The translations under genes and the position numbers were made by a program. From an uncultured Eubacteriales bacterium (GTDB lineage: Bacteria; Bacillota; Clostridia; Lachnospirales; Vallitaleaceae): a DNA stretch of 64,000 nt. The stretch lies in NCBI GenBank assembly GCA_964563505.1, contig CAZLXW010000008.1, positions 14,935-78,934 of the forward strand. The letters run 5' to 3'. This document shows positions 37,238 through 47,321 of the stretch, piece by piece. Under the pieces are notes generated by a model that searched no databases, was not told the DNA's origin, and worked only from the letters and a program-made list of their open reading frames with translations. The stretch's first letter is position 1; each line of letters starts with the position of its first letter.

Positions 37238-38695
37238 TTATAACACAGGTGAGAATAAACGTGAGATGGATTCTTTGAATTTTATCCAAAATGAACGTTT
37301 ATCGTAAACTGTTTGGGTTAATTGGCGACAGTAGCGTAAATCTTCATCAAATTCTTTGCGTAAACCAATGGATGTTCGTCGTTCGTAGATAAAGGCATTG
37401 GCTTCAAAGTTCAGCTTAAAACTACGTATGTCAAAGTTACATGAACCAACGGATGCAATTGTGTTGTCAGAAACAATCATTTTTGAATGGAGAAAACCAC
37501 GTTCATATATGAAGATTTTTACACCATAGGGAATTAAATCGCCACAATACGAGTATGTTGCCCAGTAAACAAAAAGATGATCCGGCATTTGTGGAATCAT
37601 TATGCGAACATCAACACCAGAAGCAGCAGCTATTTTTAGGCCTTCTAATATACTGTCATCAGGAATGAAATAAGGCGTCTGAATATAAATATATTTCTTA
37701 GCCTTATGGATAATCTGAAGGTATCCTTGTTTAATCTGTTGATTTATGTTATCCGGTCCGGAGCATACAATTTGAATGGCTGTCTTTGAATCAGAAACGA
37801 CGTGTCGTAAATATTTTGTGGTTGTTGCAAGTTTTTCCATGGAAGCATTACGCCAATCTAGAATGAAGCGAAGTTGCAAAGACATCACACTGTCTCCATA
37901 TAAGCGTAGATGTGTGTCGCGCCAATAGCCAAACCGTTTGCTTTTGCCAACATATTCATTTCCAACATTTAAACCACCGATATAACCTAGAGTTCCATCG
38001 ATAACAACAATTTTTCGATGATTACGATAGTTTCCTTTTAAGTTAAAATATTTAAACTTTGAAGGAAAGAAAAAGGCTAATTGTATTTTGCTTGATTTAA
38101 TCTTGCGAATGAGCTTTGGCGATAATGTTCGCCCCCCTACGTGGTCAACGAGCAGACGGACTTCGACACCTTCAGAAGCTTTTTGAATAAGTATATTAAT
38201 GAGTTTATTACCGATTTCATCGTTTTTTATGATAAAATAGAGGAGATGAATGTGTTCTTGTGCTTTGGCAATATCTTCAAAAAGTCGGTGGAATAAATCA
38301 GGACCGTTGTTAAAAATATCAACATGATCATTGGTTGACAAGAGTGCATTGGACATTCGATTGTGAAATAATATTAAATCTTTGTATTCAATAGTTTCAG
38401 CATTACCATAATCAAACTGGTTTTCTCGAATGGCGTGTTTTTGGTGGTTAAGGGCTTTATTAAATAGACGTTCTTCCTCTTTAGAATAAGCGAAAATTTT
38501 TCGTTTAGAGATGTTTTGAGAGAGAAGGATATAGAAGAAAAAGCCGAAACCGGGGAACAAATTCAAAAAAAATAACCAAGCCAAAGCGGCTGTGGAATTT
38601 TTTCGCTCTAAAAGAATTACAATGGTCGATAAAACCAAATTTAGTGTAATAAACATTGCATAGTCAAATGTAAATGATTGAATTAAATCTATCAT
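37238..38695 (-). CDS. cls: Cardiolipin synthase (PLD superfamily, two HKD motifs)
   Basis: Two N-terminal TM segments. HRKIVVIDG...GGLNVG and HSKMIVSDN...GSCNFD. Confidence 0.92.
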   Translation of the reverse strand: MIDLIQSFTFDYAMFITLNLVLSTIVILLERKNSTAALAWLFFLNLFPGFGFFFYILLSQNISKRKIFAYSKEEERLFNKALNHQKHAIRENQFDYGNAETIEYKDLILFHNRMSNALLSTNDHVDIFNNGPDLFHRLFEDIAKAQEHIHLLYFIIKNDEIGNKLINILIQKASEGVEVRLLVDHVGGRTLSPKLIRKIKSSKIQLAFFFPSKFKYFNLKGNYRNHRKIVVIDGTLGYIGGLNVGNEYVGKSKRFGYWRDTHLRLYGDSVMSLQLRFILDWRNASMEKLATTTKYLRHVVSDSKTAIQIVCSGPDNINQQIKQGYLQIIHKAKKYIYIQTPYFIPDDSILEGLKIAAASGVDVRIMIPQMPDHLFVYWATYSYCGDLIPYGVKIFIYERGFLHSKMIVSDNTIASVGSCNFDIRSFKLNFEANAFIYERRTSIGLRKEFDEDLRYCRQLTQTVYDKRSFWIKFKESISRLFSPVL

Positions 38696-38791
38696 ATCAA
38701 TACCTCACCTAATCATCAGTTTTTATATATGTTTTGTGAATTATATTGTACCATATCTGTGGTGAATAAACAAAAAAATATCGAAAAATTC

Positions 38792-38826
38792 TTGCATAAA
38801 TATTAAATAAAATGTATAATAATAAA
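38792..38826 (+). promoter_or_regulatory. argJ promoter (TTGCAT-17-TATAAT) overlapped by ARG-box-like sites
   Basis: TTGCATAAATATTAAATAAAATGTATAAT is identical at 23 of 29 positions to the argG promoter module, and all differences are A/T swaps. Confidence 0.6.
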
Positions 38827-38848
38827 AACTATAAAAGGAGTATGCCTT

Positions 38849-40069
38849 ATGAATTGGATTACAGATGGAATTACAGCACCCAAAGGATTTAGTGCGACAG
38901 GGATTCATTGTGGAATAAAGCGGAAAAATAAAGATTTAACGATGTTATTTTCAGAAAAACCTTGTTCATATGCAGGTGTTTTTACAAAAAATATTGTTAA
39001 AGCTGCTCCTGTAAACTGGAATATGGAGCTGTTAAAACAGAAAAAAGCAATACAAGGTATTATTATTAATAGCGGTAATGCGAATGCGTGTACGGGTCGT
39101 AAAGGATATGAAGATACGAAAACGATGGCAAAAGTCTATGGAGACAAGATGGGGATTGATCAAGAATCTGTACTCGTTGCGTCAACAGGTGTGATTGGTC
39201 AGCTTTTGCCTATGAATATAATACATCAAGGTATTGATGACATTGTAAAAGAGCATGGTAACAGTCGAGATCATGCAAGAGCAGCTGCAGAAGGTATTAT
39301 GACGACGGATAAATTTATTAAAGAAAAGAGTCTTCAAGTCAAGGTGGATGGACGTATAGTAACTATTTCCGGTATGGCTAAAGGTTCCGGAATGATCCAC
39401 CCCAATATGGGAACTATGCTTTCCTTTATTGCAACAGACGCAAATATTGATCAAGAATTGTTACAGTCTTTGTTAAAAGAAACGATATCTGATACCTATA
39501 ATATGATTAGTGTTGATGGAGATACCTCCACGAATGACATGGTTTTAGTTTTGGCAAACGGTATGGCTTCCGATACGCCAATTCAAAAAGACACCAAGGA
39601 TTATGCGATTTTCAAAGAAGCTTTTTATAGCCTTAATCAGGAGTTAGCAAAGTTAATTGTCAAAGATGGTGAGGGCGCAACTAAATTTATTGAAGTGACC
39701 GTGAAAAACATGCACAATAAAGATGAAGCGCGAAAGATGGCCCATGCCGTAATTACGTCGAATCTAGTTAAAACAGCTTTTTTTGGAGAAGATGCGAACT
39801 GGGGAAGAATTCTTTGTGCTTTAGGCTATTCCGGTGCTGAGTTTGATCCAAATCTTGTCGATGTCGATTATGTTAGTTCGGCAGGAATGATTAAGCTATT
39901 AGAGCAAGGTCAACCGATTGGATTTGATGAAGAATATGCATTAGAGATTTTGAAAGAAAAAGAAATTAAAGTAATCGTTGATTGTCATCAAGGTGAAGCA
40001 GAGGTAACCGGTTGGGGATGCGATTTAAGCTATGAATATGTTAAAATAAATGGAGAATATAGAACATAA
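38849..40069 (+). CDS. argJ: Bifunctional ornithine acetyltransferase / N-acetylglutamate synthase
   Basis: GF.A.G..CGIK, the autoprocessing-site context MLSFIATDA (ATML-type) and DCHQGEAEVTGWGCDLSYEYVKINGEYRT. Confidence 0.93.
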   Translation: MNWITDGITAPKGFSATGIHCGIKRKNKDLTMLFSEKPCSYAGVFTKNIVKAAPVNWNMELLKQKKAIQGIIINSGNANACTGRKGYEDTKTMAKVYGDKMGIDQESVLVASTGVIGQLLPMNIIHQGIDDIVKEHGNSRDHARAAAEGIMTTDKFIKEKSLQVKVDGRIVTISGMAKGSGMIHPNMGTMLSFIATDANIDQELLQSLLKETISDTYNMISVDGDTSTNDMVLVLANGMASDTPIQKDTKDYAIFKEAFYSLNQELAKLIVKDGEGATKFIEVTVKNMHNKDEARKMAHAVITSNLVKTAFFGEDANWGRILCALGYSGAEFDPNLVDVDYVSSAGMIKLLEQGQPIGFDEEYALEILKEKEIKVIVDCHQGEAEVTGWGCDLSYEYVKINGEYRT

Positions 40070-40080
40070 TGGAGGCTCTT

Positions 40081-40947
40081 ATGGAAAAATTAATTGAAAA
40101 AGCAAAAATCTTAGTTGAAGCACTTCCCTACATAAAGCAATTTAACGGAAAAATCGTGGTAATTAAATATGGTGGTTCCGCAATGGTTGATGACCTCATT
40201 AAAGAAACCGTTATCGAAGATATTGTTTTAATGAAATTAGTTGGCTTTAAACCTGTTATTGTTCATGGTGGAGGCAAAGAAATTTCATCGACATTAACAA
40301 CAATGGGCATTGATACCGAGTTTTTTAATGGATTGCGTATTACAACCAAAGAAGCTGTTGATGTTGTTGAAATGGTTTTATCTGGTAAGGTAAATAAAGA
40401 TGTTGTCCAACTCATTCAAAATCATGATATAAACGCAGTCGGTATTTCAGGAAAAGATGGTAAGACATTAAAAGTTAAGAAAAAATATGTAGAAGGCAAA
40501 GATATTGGATTTGTTGGTGAAGTGAGTGCTGTAGATACAACATTAATCTATTCATTAATTGAAAATGATTTTATTCCGGTCATCGCACCAATTGGAACCG
40601 ATGAAGACGGGGCAACGTATAATATTAATGCAGATTTTGCAGCTAGTGCCATTGCAGGCGCCTTAGATGCTGAAAAATTAATTTTCTTAACAGATGTAGA
40701 AGGTGTTCTTCGTGATGTAGATAATAGTCACTCATTGATTTCAAAAATCAATATCGATGAAGTCGATCATTATATTAACACCAATGTCATCTCCGGTGGC
40801 ATGATTCCTAAAGTCATGTGCTGTGTTGAAGGCATTGAAAAAGGTGTGAAAAATGTCCATATCTTAGATGGACGTGTTGAGCATAGTCTACTACTCGAGA
40901 TCTTTACGAAAAACGGTGTCGGAACCATGTTCGGAAGAGACTTATAA
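40081..40947 (+). CDS. argB: Acetylglutamate kinase
   Basis: LVEALPYIKQFNGKIVVIKYGGSAM, VHGGG, NINAD. The track ORF starts at ATG 40069 (overlapping the argJ stop), but ATG 40081 sits 5 nt after GGAGG. Confidence 0.9.
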   Translation: MEKLIEKAKILVEALPYIKQFNGKIVVIKYGGSAMVDDLIKETVIEDIVLMKLVGFKPVIVHGGGKEISSTLTTMGIDTEFFNGLRITTKEAVDVVEMVLSGKVNKDVVQLIQNHDINAVGISGKDGKTLKVKKKYVEGKDIGFVGEVSAVDTTLIYSLIENDFIPVIAPIGTDEDGATYNINADFAASAIAGALDAEKLIFLTDVEGVLRDVDNSHSLISKINIDEVDHYINTNVISGGMIPKVMCCVEGIEKGVKNVHILDGRVEHSLLLEIFTKNGVGTMFGRDL

Positions 40948-40957
40948 GGAGGTTCAT

Positions 40958-42124
40958 ATGGAAGCAAATAAAACATGTATCATGCATACATATAATCAGT
41001 TACCTAATATTTTTACTCACGGTGAAGATGTATATCTCATTGATCAAGAGGGGAACCGTTATTTAGATTTTGTGGCAGGAATTGCAGTCAATGCACTTGG
41101 ATATAGTCATCAAGGATTAAAAGATGCCCTTCATCAGCAAGTAGATGAATTCTTGCACTGCTCAAATCTTTACTATAATGATGAACAATTAAAAGCAGCA
41201 AAAAAAATAACAGAAGTGACAAAAATGGATCGTGTATTCTTTTGTAATTCGGGTACAGAAGCAGTTGAAGCATCTTTAAAATTAGCAAGAAAATATGCTA
41301 AGTTTAAAGGGTTTAAAGAACGATATGAAATTATTACTATGAAGAATTCATTTCATGGTCGAACCCTTGGTGCGATTTCTGCAACAGGACAAACAAAATA
41401 TCAGGATGGACTAAATCCCCTGCTTCCAGGTATTCAACATGTTAAATATAATGATATCGATGCTTTAAAAAAAGCGGTTTCAGATATTACCTGCGGTGTC
41501 ATGATGGAAGTTATTCAAGGTGAAGGTGGTATTATTCAGGTGGATACGGCATATATACAAGCAGTACGTGATTTGTGCGATGAAAAAGGGCTTGTGTTGA
41601 TTTTTGATGAAGTACAAACCGGTATCGGACGAACGGGTGAAGTTTGTGCCTATATGCATTATGATGTAAAACCGGATATTATTGCATTAGCAAAAGGACT
41701 AGGCGGTGGAGTACCTGTTGGTGCCATGCTAGCGACCAAAGAAGTGGCTCAAGGATTTAAGCCAGGCGATCACGCAGCAACCTTTGGTGGAAATCCATTA
41801 GCCATGTCTGCAGTCAATGTCGTTCTTGACCAAGTGATGTCAGATGAATTTATGACCCATGTTCAAGAAATGGGTGATTATCTGTCCCAACAACTGGAAA
41901 CTTTAAAAGCGGAGTTTTCATGCATTGATGATATTCGTGGTTTAGGACTCATGAAAGGCATTGCATTAAACATTCCCCCCATAGATGTGGTGAAAAAAGC
42001 CTATGAGAAAAAGCTACTGATTGTGGGTGCAGGTAGTAACGTCATAAGGTTTGTGCCTCCTTTAGTGGTTCAAAAAGAACATATTGATGCATGTATCCAC
42101 ATATTAAGAGAGGTGTTATCATGA
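40958..42124 (+). CDS. argD: Acetylornithine aminotransferase
   Basis: Class-III aminotransferase motifs FCNSGTEAVEA, DEVQTGIGRTG and LAKGLGGG. ATG 40958 follows AAGGAGG. The track's upstream extension overlaps argB. Confidence 0.92.
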   Translation: MEANKTCIMHTYNQLPNIFTHGEDVYLIDQEGNRYLDFVAGIAVNALGYSHQGLKDALHQQVDEFLHCSNLYYNDEQLKAAKKITEVTKMDRVFFCNSGTEAVEASLKLARKYAKFKGFKERYEIITMKNSFHGRTLGAISATGQTKYQDGLNPLLPGIQHVKYNDIDALKKAVSDITCGVMMEVIQGEGGIIQVDTAYIQAVRDLCDEKGLVLIFDEVQTGIGRTGEVCAYMHYDVKPDIIALAKGLGGGVPVGAMLATKEVAQGFKPGDHAATFGGNPLAMSAVNVVLDQVMSDEFMTHVQEMGDYLSQQLETLKAEFSCIDDIRGLGLMKGIALNIPPIDVVKKAYEKKLLIVGAGSNVIRFVPPLVVQKEHIDACIHILREVLS

Positions 42125-43218
42125 TTGCACGAATTATGTTAGAAGATGGGACTTTATTTGAAGGAAAAAGTTTTGGAAGCCAAGGAACAACCTATGGAGA
42201 AGTTGTTTTTAATACAGGGATGACCGGCTATCAAGAAATTTTAACCGATCCCTCCTATGCAGGACAAATAGTAACAATGACCTATCCATTAGTTGGAAAT
42301 TATGGTATAAATATTGAAGATTTTGAATCATCATCAATAAAAGTGTCCGGATTCATTGTCAAAGAATATAGCATCCATCCAAACCATTGGCAGATGAATA
42401 CAAGTCTAAATGACTATTTAATAGAAAATCAAATAATGGGCGTCTATGATGTTGATACGCGAATGTTGACAAAACGTATCCGTAATCATGGCGCCATGAA
42501 ATGTGTTATTACAACAGATGAAACGTTAACAATTGAGGCCTTGCTCGAGGGATTGGATGCCTATACATTCCCCAAAGACATTGTCAAGAAAGTTTCAACC
42601 AAGTCCATACTTCAATTTGAACCAGAAATAGACAAAGCATCAAAACATATTGGTGTTATTGACCTTGGAATTAAATCAGGTATTGTTCGACATTTACGTC
42701 ATAATGGATGCCATGTGACCGTATATCCATCAGATACAAGCGTTGATGATTTGGATATAGACCAGTTTGATGCAATTTTATTTTCGAATGGTCCTGGAGA
42801 TCCCAAGCAATGTCAAGAAGCAATCGACTTAGCAAAAGATTTAAAAGGACAATTACCTCTCTTTGGTATTTGTCTAGGACATCAAATCCTCGCATTAAGC
42901 CTTGGTGGAGATACCTATAAAATGAAATTCGGTCATCGTGGTAGTAATCACCCCGTGATAGATTTACGGTCTCAAAAGGTGTATATGACTGCACAAAATC
43001 ACGGTTATTCGGTTTCTAAAGAGCATATTCCAACAGATGTCGAAATAACGCATATTAATGTAAATGATGATACGGTAGAAGGCTTTATTAGTAAAAAATG
43101 GTCCATTGAATCGGTTCAGTTTCATCCGGAAGAAGGACCGGGACCAACAGATGCAACGGTAATATTTAAAGAGTGGTTAGACAAAATCGAAAGGAAAAAA
43201 GCAGATGCCATTAGATAA
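42121..43218 (+). CDS. carA: Carbamoyl-phosphate synthase small (glutaminase) subunit
   Basis: [13 protein letters not shown]...[11 protein letters not shown] and the GATase triad context GICLGHQ. The ATG overlaps the argD stop (ATGA). Confidence 0.95.
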   Translation: MIARIMLEDGTLFEGKSFGSQGTTYGEVVFNTGMTGYQEILTDPSYAGQIVTMTYPLVGNYGINIEDFESSSIKVSGFIVKEYSIHPNHWQMNTSLNDYLIENQIMGVYDVDTRMLTKRIRNHGAMKCVITTDETLTIEALLEGLDAYTFPKDIVKKVSTKSILQFEPEIDKASKHIGVIDLGIKSGIVRHLRHNGCHVTVYPSDTSVDDLDIDQFDAILFSNGPGDPKQCQEAIDLAKDLKGQLPLFGICLGHQILALSLGGDTYKMKFGHRGSNHPVIDLRSQKVYMTAQNHGYSVSKEHIPTDVEITHINVNDDTVEGFISKKWSIESVQFHPEEGPGPTDATVIFKEWLDKIERKKADAIR

Positions 43219-46200
43219 ATCAATAAAAAAAGTTATGGTTATCGGATCGGGCCCTATCATTATCGGCCAAGCTGCAGAGTTCGATTATGCGGGAACCCAA
43301 GCCTGTAAATCATTAAAAGAAGAAGGACTAGAAGTTGTACTTGTTAATAGTAATCCGGCAACGATTATGACGGACGATAATATTGCCGATCATGTATATA
43401 TTCAACCATTAACTGTGGATAGCTTAGAATACATTATTGCCAAAGAACGTCCGGATGGATTGCTACCGACATTAGGCGGTCAAACAGGATTAAACATGGC
43501 GGTAGAACTGACTGAAGCCGGAGTTTTAGAAAAATATAATGTTAATCTTTTAGGGACTAAGTTAGAAGCTATAAAACAAGCAGAAGATCGTGAAGAATTT
43601 AAAAATCTTATGATTGAAATTGGAGAACCGATTCCAAAAAGTGAGATCGTCAGTTCCATTGAAGAAGGATTAGATTTTGCGGAATCGATTGGTTTCCCCA
43701 TTATTGTTCGTCCGGCCTATACTATGGGTGGTCTTGGTGGAGGCATAGCAGATAACCTTGATGAACTGAAGGAAGTTTTACATACCGGACTTATGCATAG
43801 TCGTATTCACCAAGTGCTTTTAGAACAATCCGTTGCTGGATGGAAAGAGATTGAATATGAAGTAATGCGTGATAAAAATGATACATGCATCATTATTTGT
43901 AATATGGAAAACTTTGATCCGGTTGGTATTCATACAGGAGATAGTATTGTTGTTGCTCCGTCCCAAACCTTAAGCGATAATGAATATCATATGCTTCGTG
44001 AAGCCAGTGTAAAGATTATTCGTGCTTTAAAAATAGAAGGTGGATGTAATGTTCAATTAGCCTTAAATCCAGAGAGCAAAGAATATATTGTTATTGAGGT
44101 GAATCCGCGTGTCAGTCGTTCATCTGCATTAGCATCAAAAGCAGCCGGCTATCCCATTGCAAAAATAGCAGCAAAAATAGCTGTGGGCTTACATCTTCAT
44201 GAAATTCCAAATTCAGTAACGAAAAAGACAAAAGCATCCTTTGAACCAGCACTAGATTACGTCGTTACCAAAATACCAAAATGGCCATTTGATAAATTTG
44301 ATTATGCAAATCGTCGATTAGGAACACAAATGAAAGCGACCGGAGAAGTCATGGCAATTGACCGAACCTTTGAAAGTTCGCTTTTAAAAGCAGTTGTTTC
44401 ATTAGAAGGTAAAGAAACAGGATTACGAAAAGAATATATGTCCATGTGGTCAAAGGAAATGATTGAGAAAAACCTTGTGGAAGTAGATGATGAGCGAATT
44501 TTCGTGATTGCAGAAGCGCTACGCCGTGGTTTTGGTGTTGATTATGTTCATCAATTGACAAAAATTGATCCATGGTTTTTAGAAAAATTAATGAATATTA
44601 TCCGTACGGAGCAAAAATTAGCTAATGAACCCATGACAGGCGAATTGCTTCAAACGGCAGAGAAAATGGGCTTTACAGATACAGAAATTATTGCTTTGTC
44701 GGGCAATGAATATGAAATCGTGGATGCCATTCGACGTGCACATGGGATGTATCCGGTCTATAAAATGGTGGATACCTGTGCAGCAGAGTTTGAATCATCG
44801 ACGCCTTATTACTATTCAACCTATGAACAAGAAGAAGAAAATATAATTAGTCGTGGAGAAAAGATTATTGTTATTGGGTCCGGTCCTATTCGTATTGGAC
44901 AAGGTATTGAATTCGATTATTGTTCTGTACATGCTGTGTGGGCAATTCAAGATTTAGGATATGAATCCATTATTATTAATAATAATCCTGAAACAGTGAG
45001 TACAGATTTTGATACATCGGATAAACTTTATTTTGAGCCTTTATTTATTGAAGATGTCTATAATGTTGTGCGAAAGGAAATGCCAAAAGGAGTTATTGTC
45101 CAGTTTGGTGGACAAACGGCCATAAACTTGGCACCTAAACTTGTCAGTCGAGGGGTTCAGATTTTAGGGACATCTGTCGAAGCTATTGATGTTGCAGAAA
45201 ATCGTAAACGCTTTGAACGCTTATTAAGAGAGTTGAATATTCCACAACCCAAAGGAACAGCAGTAACATCTATTGATGAAGCATTAGATGCGGCACATGA
45301 CATTTCTTATCCGGTACTTGTTCGACCCTCTTATGTAATTGGTGGTCGTGCAATGATGATAGTATATAATGATGAAGAATTATCCGGTTATGTTCAAGAA
45401 GCAACAGAATTATCTAGTGAACACCCGATTTTAATCGATGAATATATTGAAGGTCAAGAAGTCGAAGTGGATGCAATTTGCGACCGTGAAGATATTTTAA
45501 TACCGGGAATTATGGAACACATTGAACGAACCGGTGTACATTCCGGTGACAGTTTCTGTGTTTATCCACCACAAACCTTAGAAGACAGTGTTATTGATAC
45601 AATTATTGAGTATACAAAAAAAATCTCGATTGCCCTTCAGGTGAGTGGCCTTGTTAATATTCAATTCGTTGTTAGAGATCACAAGGTCTATATTATTGAA
45701 GTGAATCCGAGAGCCTCTCGTACCGTGCCGATTCTTAGTAAAGTAACCAAGGTACCTATGGTTCAAATAGCCATGGAAGTTATTTTAGGCAAACGTCTTC
45801 AGGATTTAGATTATGGTACGGGGTTATTAGCAAGTTCAAATCTTATCGCTGTAAAAGCACCTGTTTTTTCTTTTGTCAAGCTACATGATGTTGATGCAGC
45901 CTTGACACCAGAGATGAAATCAACGGGTGAAGTCCTTGGAATTGATTCCGATTATGAAAAAGCGTTACTCAAAGCTTTTTTAGGTGCTGGATTTGCTTTC
46001 CCCAAACAAGGAAATGTTCTTATCTCAGTTGCAGACAAAGCGAAAGATGAAGTAGTAAAATATGCTAAGGCTTTTAAAGAACTTGGATTTGGTTTAATGG
46101 CAACAGCCGGAACGGCTCAGTTTTTAGAAGCAAAAGGTATGGAAGCAAAGCAAGTGGATGGCGATGATTTACTTGGCGTACAAGAACAAATGAAGAATAA

Positions 46201-46399
46201 AACAATTACCATGATGATTAATATACCGACCAAAGGAAAAGATGTACGTCGAGCCGGATTTAAACTTAGAAGTTTAGCAGAGCATTTAAATATTCCAAAC
46301 TTCACCTGTTTAGATACGGTAGATGCTTATATCAAAGCTTTAAAAACACAGAGAAGTCAAGAGTACATTGACTATGATACCATTGATTATTATATGTGA
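43205..46399 (+). CDS. carB: Carbamoyl-phosphate synthase large subunit
   Basis: 1064 aa. Duplicated ATP-grasp halves ([21 protein letters not shown] / [20 protein letters not shown]) and an MGS-like C-terminus. Confidence 0.97.
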   Translation: MPLDKSIKKVMVIGSGPIIIGQAAEFDYAGTQACKSLKEEGLEVVLVNSNPATIMTDDNIADHVYIQPLTVDSLEYIIAKERPDGLLPTLGGQTGLNMAVELTEAGVLEKYNVNLLGTKLEAIKQAEDREEFKNLMIEIGEPIPKSEIVSSIEEGLDFAESIGFPIIVRPAYTMGGLGGGIADNLDELKEVLHTGLMHSRIHQVLLEQSVAGWKEIEYEVMRDKNDTCIIICNMENFDPVGIHTGDSIVVAPSQTLSDNEYHMLREASVKIIRALKIEGGCNVQLALNPESKEYIVIEVNPRVSRSSALASKAAGYPIAKIAAKIAVGLHLHEIPNSVTKKTKASFEPALDYVVTKIPKWPFDKFDYANRRLGTQMKATGEVMAIDRTFESSLLKAVVSLEGKETGLRKEYMSMWSKEMIEKNLVEVDDERIFVIAEALRRGFGVDYVHQLTKIDPWFLEKLMNIIRTEQKLANEPMTGELLQTAEKMGFTDTEIIALSGNEYEIVDAIRRAHGMYPVYKMVDTCAAEFESSTPYYYSTYEQEEENIISRGEKIIVIGSGPIRIGQGIEFDYCSVHAVWAIQDLGYESIIINNNPETVSTDFDTSDKLYFEPLFIEDVYNVVRKEMPKGVIVQFGGQTAINLAPKLVSRGVQILGTSVEAIDVAENRKRFERLLRELNIPQPKGTAVTSIDEALDAAHDISYPVLVRPSYVIGGRAMMIVYNDEELSGYVQEATELSSEHPILIDEYIEGQEVEVDAICDREDILIPGIMEHIERTGVHSGDSFCVYPPQTLEDSVIDTIIEYTKKISIALQVSGLVNIQFVVRDHKVYIIEVNPRASRTVPILSKVTKVPMVQIAMEVILGKRLQDLDYGTGLLASSNLIAVKAPVFSFVKLHDVDAALTPEMKSTGEVLGIDSDYEKALLKAFLGAGFAFPKQGNVLISVADKAKDEVVKYAKAFKELGFGLMATAGTAQFLEAKGMEAKQVDGDDLLGVQEQMKNKTITMMINIPTKGKDVRRAGFKLRSLAEHLNIPNFTCLDTVDAYIKALKTQRSQEYIDYDTIDYYM

Positions 46400-46414
46400 T
46401 TCATAAAGGAGCTA

Positions 46415-46443
46415 TTGAATTCTTTAATTAATGGTGTTATAAT
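46415..46443 (+). promoter_or_regulatory. Sigma-A-type promoter (extended -10) of the nfnAB-like pair
   Basis: TTGAAT-17 nt-TATAAT, with TGt immediately upstream of the -10. Confidence 0.6.
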
Positions 46444-46490
46444 TTTTAGAAGTTAATAGGATAAAGCGAATAGGACGAAAGGATATAGAC

Positions 46491-47321
46491 ATGTATAAAA
46501 TTCTAGAAAAAGAAATATTAAACGATGCCGTTCAAAAAATGGTCATCGAAGCTCCATTTGTTGCAAGAAAATGCGAACCAGGGCAGTTTATTATATTACG
46601 CGTTGCTGAAAATGGCGAGCGAATTCCACTCACGATTATGGACTATGATCGTGAAAAGAAATCAGTTTCAATTGTTTACCAAGTTCTTGGGTATACAACT
46701 CAATTACTTGCTGAAAAAGAAGTGGGAGATACGCTTCTGGACTTTGTTGGGCCACTTGGAAAAGCGGCGCCGATCAAAAATCATAAACGTGTATTAGGCA
46801 TCGGTGGTGGCGTAGGAAGTGCACCCTTATATCCACAATTAAAAAAATTGGCTTCTATGGGCACGGAAGTTGATGTAATTCTTGGAGGACGAGACAAAGA
46901 TTTAGTCATTCTCAAAGATGAGTTTAATGATATTTGTAAGAATGTATATTATGCAACGAATGATGGCTCATTAGGTCATCAAGGTTTTGTAACGGATGTA
47001 CTTAAACAATTATTAGATCAAGGCCAAGAATACGATGAAGTCATTGCTATCGGGCCACTAATCATGATGAAAGCGGTTGTTGATATTACAAAACCTTTGA
47101 ATATTCCAACAGGTGTATCTTTGAATCCTGTTATGATTGACGGTACCGGAATGTGTGGCGGATGTCGAGTAACTGTTGGCGGGGAGACAAAGTTTGCATG
47201 TGTTGACGGGCCGGATTTTGATGGTTTGCTTGTTGATTTTGACCAAGCCATGGATCGTCAAGCGCATTTTGTAGAAGAAGAAAAGCATGCATGTCGATTG
47301 GATGGTGCGAAAAATGGCTAA
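46491..47321 (+). CDS. nfnA: PyrK-like FAD/[2Fe-2S] subunit, NfnA-type (ferredoxin-NADP oxidoreductase small subunit)
   Basis: 276 aa. A ferredoxin-reductase-like fold with a C-terminal Cys cluster (GTGMCGGCRV...FACVDGP). It is paired with a GltD-like gene. Confidence 0.75.
   Translation: MYKILEKEILNDAVQKMVIEAPFVARKCEPGQFIILRVAENGERIPLTIMDYDREKKSVSIVYQVLGYTTQLLAEKEVGDTLLDFVGPLGKAAPIKNHKRVLGIGGGVGSAPLYPQLKKLASMGTEVDVILGGRDKDLVILKDEFNDICKNVYYATNDGSLGHQGFVTDVLKQLLDQGQEYDEVIAIGPLIMMKAVVDITKPLNIPTGVSLNPVMIDGTGMCGGCRVTVGGETKFACVDGPDFDGLLVDFDQAMDRQAHFVEEEKHACRLDGAKNG

Noticed and set aside
40868-40957. The upstream extensions of the track ORFs for argD (40868) and carA (42091), which overlap the preceding genes by 80 nt and 34 nt.
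   Set aside because: Internal ATGs (40958 and 42121) give the conserved N-termini. 40958 has an AAGGAGG RBS, and 42121 overlaps the argD stop (ATGA). Both extensions overlap the upstream coding sequence.
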